From contig NZ_CAJYOJ010000065.1 of the NCBI RefSeq assembly GCF_913776295.1, positions 32,813-96,812 on the forward strand: a DNA stretch of 64,000 bases. The letters are read 5' to 3'. The DNA is from an uncultured Pedobacter sp. Its GTDB lineage: Bacteria; Bacteroidota; Bacteroidia; Sphingobacteriales; Sphingobacteriaceae. Shown piece after piece: positions 60,782 to 64,000 of this stretch (positions are counted from its first letter, which is position 1; each line of letters opens with the position of its first letter). Under the pieces are notes generated by a model. It was not told the DNA's origin. It did not search any database and saw only the letters and a list, made by a program, of their open reading frames with translations. The position numbers were made by a program, and so were the translations under genes.

Positions 60782-61175
60782 TTAGCCAATGGCCGTAGCG
60801 TCAATCTCGATCAACATGCCGTTTAAGGCTACTCTCGGACTGGAATAAGTGTATTTACGGGAAATCGCTGATCAGGCCATATCTTAATCGATTCTTCGAT
60901 CAACACCTCGTGCTTCTCCTCATCGTAATCGACCACCAAAGTGGTTAACTTAGCGATGTTCTCCATTTTTAAGCCTCTGCTGGCTAATGCAATGGCAATG
61001 TTTTCAAATACGATGGCAACCTGGGTCCTGAAATTGCGACTTAAAACACCATCGCTTTTGCTCCTCCCTGACCCGCAATAAATACCAGTTAACTCCAGAC
61101 CGGAACGGCAGCAACATGCGAATAGCCATCTGGTCGGGGATCAGAAATAACTTCAGGATTGTTTATTTCTATAAG
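60782..61175 (-). pseudogene. RidA/YjgF (Rid family) pseudogene; missing from the ORF track
   Basis: Fragments NPEVISDPRPDGYSHV..*LVFIAGQGG / FRTQVAIVFENIAIALASRGL...KLTTLVVD...FPVNTLIPV / VALNGMLIEIDATAIG*; one nonsense codon and two frameshifts; start uncertain. Confidence 0.85.
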
Positions 61176-61246
61176 AGAAGTGCCAAGTTGGTATAATTTT
61201 GATGCTACACCAACTGATATCCGAAATTTAACCGTCGGTGCTTTGC

Positions 61247-61281
61247 AAAAAAAAACCTCCTGATCTTTAAAATCAGGAGGT
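61247..61281 (-). terminator. Terminator of the M1 peptidase gene
   Basis: acctcctgat/atcaggaggt stem with an A9 run on the plus strand. Confidence 0.85.
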
Positions 61282-61302
61282 CTGGAATGATTTAATGTGC
61301 GC

Positions 61303-63288
61303 TTAGTTTCCCGCGGCCGTCCAGGTATCGTTATCCGGATTTGAATCTGGCAATACTTTATCCGGATCTAAAGTAACGGATTCAATTTCTTCAGTTGTTG
61401 GGAAACGAACTAACCAACTGGTATTTTTCATCCAAACATCAACGGGAACTTTCACGGTCTCCGTTTTTCCACTTTTGGTTTTGATCTGAAGAATAATTGG
61501 CATCGGCATTTTTTCCAGGTTCACCACTCTGATATTATAGCTTACCAGTTTCCCGTCTTGCTTAACAGCCTCAACACCAGCGATACCCTGATCCATTTTC
61601 CAGCTATTTAACCACCAGCTTCTCCAGAACCAGGCTAAATCTTCTCCTGCCCCATTTTCCATCGAACGGAAGAAATCAAATGGTGTTGGGTGTTTAAACG
61701 CCCAGTTTTTGATGTATTGGCGAAAAGCATAATCAAAACGGTCTTCCCCTAAAATCTGGTTTCTCAAAATGTCAAGTCCCCAACCTGGTTTGCTGTATAG
61801 GTTAACGCCGATGTTTCTTTCGGCCATCCCATCAGGCATTTGCATAATATTTTCGTAAATCGGGTTACCGATCACACTTCTGCCGATCCTGTGTAAATCA
61901 GCCGGAGGACTGGCGTATTCGCCATTATTAAAATTTTTCTTCGAAATGCCATTAATGAAAGTATTGAAACCTTCATCCATCCAACCATATTTACGCTCGT
62001 TGGATCCCACAATCATTGGAAACCAGGTATGGCCAAATTCATGATCGATTACGCCCCATGCGCTGGCTTTTTTTGCCTTCCAGCCACAGAAAACAATGCC
62101 CGGATATTCCATGCCACCAATATTAGTGGCTACATTAACAGCCATTGGATATGGGTATTCGAACCATTTTGATGAATAATGCTCGATAGTGGTTTTTACA
62201 TATTCCACACCACGACCATAAGAATCGACTCCATTGCTCTCTACTGGTTGTGCAGAAACCGCTAAACCTGTTTTACCACTTGGCAATTTATACCTTGCAG
62301 CATCCAATACAAATGCTTTTGACGAAGCCCAGGCCGCATCGCGTGCATTAATGATTTTAAACTTCCAGGTTAATTTATCTTTAGCCGGACGTGATTTTGG
62401 ATCGGTTACCTCTGCTTCGCTACGGATGTGTACAGTAGCATCACTTTGTTTAGCCGCATTCCATCTTTTTAACTGCTCCGGTGTAAAAACTTCGGCAGGG
62501 TTTAACAATTCACCAGAACCCATTACGATATGGCTGGCAGGCGCAGTAATGGCAAAGTTGATATCGCCGTATTCGCAATAAAACTCACCACCTCCCCAAT
62601 AAGGCAAAGTATTCCAGCCAATTACATCGTCATACACACACATGCGTGGAAACCACTGTGCAATGGCAAAAATTTCGCCGTTTTTGGTGGTTAAATGTCC
62701 GGTTCTATCCGATCCTTCTTTAGGTACGATATACGAATAATCCATTTTGATGGTCACCAAATCGCCATTCGGGGCCAAAGGCTGATCTAATCGGATCTGC
62801 ATACGGGTATCCTCAACTATGGAGGTAAATTTTACTGCACCTGCTTTTTGCGCTACACTAATGTTCTGGATTTTATATCCGCCATCAAACTTTTCACCCT
62901 GCGCGCCATAACGGCTGCGTGATGGGGTAATGGCGTAACCGCGTGAAGTTTCTTTAAAGGTATTTTGATCTAACTGCAACCATAGATAGGGCAATTTATC
63001 GGGGCTATTGTTTTTATAAGTAATCGTAACGGTTCCACTCACCATGTTTTTGGTTTCATCCAGATTGGCAGTAATGTTATAATCAACCCGGTTTTGCCAA
63101 TATTTCGGACCTGGTGCACCATTGGCAGAACGAAACTCATTCCCGTTTTGTGTATAAAATAGTGGTCCAAACGCTTCAGCAGGATTATAGTTGGTTGCTG
63201 GTGCAGGGGGTGTAGTCTGTTGAGCCGATGCAGAAAAAGCAAAAACACAACAAACTAAGCCAAAGTTAATCAGTTTAGTCAATTTCAT
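61303..63288 (-). CDS. M1 family (gluzincin) secreted metallopeptidase
   Basis: GGMEYP, HEFGH(x18)E (WMDEG); signal peptide from ATG 63288. Confidence 0.93.
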   Translation of the reverse strand: MKLTKLINFGLVCCVFAFSASAQQTTPPAPATNYNPAEAFGPLFYTQNGNEFRSANGAPGPKYWQNRVDYNITANLDETKNMVSGTVTITYKNNSPDKLPYLWLQLDQNTFKETSRGYAITPSRSRYGAQGEKFDGGYKIQNISVAQKAGAVKFTSIVEDTRMQIRLDQPLAPNGDLVTIKMDYSYIVPKEGSDRTGHLTTKNGEIFAIAQWFPRMCVYDDVIGWNTLPYWGGGEFYCEYGDINFAITAPASHIVMGSGELLNPAEVFTPEQLKRWNAAKQSDATVHIRSEAEVTDPKSRPAKDKLTWKFKIINARDAAWASSKAFVLDAARYKLPSGKTGLAVSAQPVESNGVDSYGRGVEYVKTTIEHYSSKWFEYPYPMAVNVATNIGGMEYPGIVFCGWKAKKASAWGVIDHEFGHTWFPMIVGSNERKYGWMDEGFNTFINGISKKNFNNGEYASPPADLHRIGRSVIGNPIYENIMQMPDGMAERNIGVNLYSKPGWGLDILRNQILGEDRFDYAFRQYIKNWAFKHPTPFDFFRSMENGAGEDLAWFWRSWWLNSWKMDQGIAGVEAVKQDGKLVSYNIRVVNLEKMPMPIILQIKTKSGKTETVKVPVDVWMKNTSWLVRFPTTEEIESVTLDPDKVLPDSNPDNDTWTAAGN

Positions 63289-63383
63289 GATGATAATAAG
63301 ATTGTAATCGGCGGTAAATATAAAAAATAACCACATATAGATTTACATGTGTTTAATAATGTTACCAATAGCAATATGTGATG

Positions 63384-64000
63384 TTAATTCGCTTTCAACT
63401 TTGGAAGATCCTGGAGTTTTCTCTCCTGAGGCGTTAATTTATTCCAGGAGGCAAAGGCCCGTGAAATATAAAAAGCATAGCGGAATGGCCTTTCGCCCTT
63501 TACAGCCTCGATTGAAGGCCTATAAATGATCATAAAGTTTTTAAGCTCCTCACCTTCCAGTTTAGTCAGATCGGTAATGGCCTTTGGGGTAAAATTTTCA
63601 TCTATTTCATCCTGATACATTTCTCTTTCTTCCAAATCTGCTTCTTTGCGCTGTTGCCTCTTATATTTACCATAACCAAGATTTAGACTCAAACCCCCAA
63701 CTTTATCAGTCATGCGTTTACGGTTCAGGTTTCCGCCCGTACTCAATAGCGTATATTTCTCAGCTAACGGATCTTTAGCATCCGTAATCTGACTATTCAT
63801 CCTTACTGCGGTGATATCCACATCTTTTAAGCTATTCGTTTTAGCGGGTAAATATATGGTTCTGTTCAAAAGGTTGGTCAGGTATAGCGTATCGGTGTGA
63901 TAGCCTACGGCAGAAAACTCTAAAAGATCTCCAATATTGGCACTTATCGTATACTTTCCATCTTTATTTGTACTGGTTGATTTTTTACTGTTCAGGTTTC
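63384..64000 (-). CDS. Carboxypeptidase-regulatory-like domain protein (5'-partial)
   Basis: The frame stays open to the window edge: STNKDGKYTISANIGDLLEFSAVGY; the ORF-track TTG start is internal. Confidence 0.8.
   Translation of the reverse strand, partial: NLNSKKSTSTNKDGKYTISANIGDLLEFSAVGYHTDTLYLTNLLNRTIYLPAKTNSLKDVDITAVRMNSQITDAKDPLAEKYTLLSTGGNLNRKRMTDKVGGLSLNLGYGKYKRQQRKEADLEEREMYQDEIDENFTPKAITDLTKLEGEELKNFMIIYRPSIEAVKGERPFRYAFYISRAFASWNKLTPQERKLQDLPKLKAN

Noticed and set aside
61160-61190. Sigma-54-like TGGCAC-N5-TTAT upstream of the RidA pseudogene
   Set aside because: Poor -12 match, and it lies in or at the probable coding start.
582-63529. Many short ORF-track entries antisense to or overlapping real genes (e.g. 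582..776, 4683..4913, 20305..20808, 23426..23827, 62234..62581)
   Set aside because: Shadow ORFs of well-supported genes with no independent coding evidence.

Overview
This is a low-GC Bacteroidota chromosomal window, most consistent with Pedobacter/Sphingobacteriaceae. That assignment is inferred from TAnnTTTG promoters, A-rich Shine-Dalgarno-less starts and gene content. Bases 1-31.4 kb hold mixed housekeeping and accessory genes: the 3' end of pruA, a leader-SulP-carbonic anhydrase operon, pccB, an MFS gene with a premature stop, peptidases, a PAS/ECF-sigma/two-component cluster, cbpA-cbpM, dnaK and a GMC oxidoreductase pair. Bases 31.5-46.6 kb are the rplC-spc-alpha ribosomal superoperon. 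It is separated by about 8 kb of unrelated genes from rpsL-rpsG-fusA-rpsJ (54.7-58.3 kb). The rest holds small accessory genes, a RidA pseudogene and an M1 peptidase. I found no rRNA, tRNA, CRISPR array, transposase or prophage. The most unusual signals are: (1) many intergenic 7-nt-periodic degenerate arrays, each with a different core and often paired with an inverted copy, one of them inside a CDS; (2) a candidate sigma-mimicry/partner-switch stress module; (3) a candidate polyproline arrest-leader upstream of the bicarbonate operon; (4) a duplicated pseudogene interrupted by a three-way-junction palindrome; (5) a dispersed ~65-bp repeat family; (6) the split S10 operon. All functional readings of these are hypotheses from sequence inspection only.
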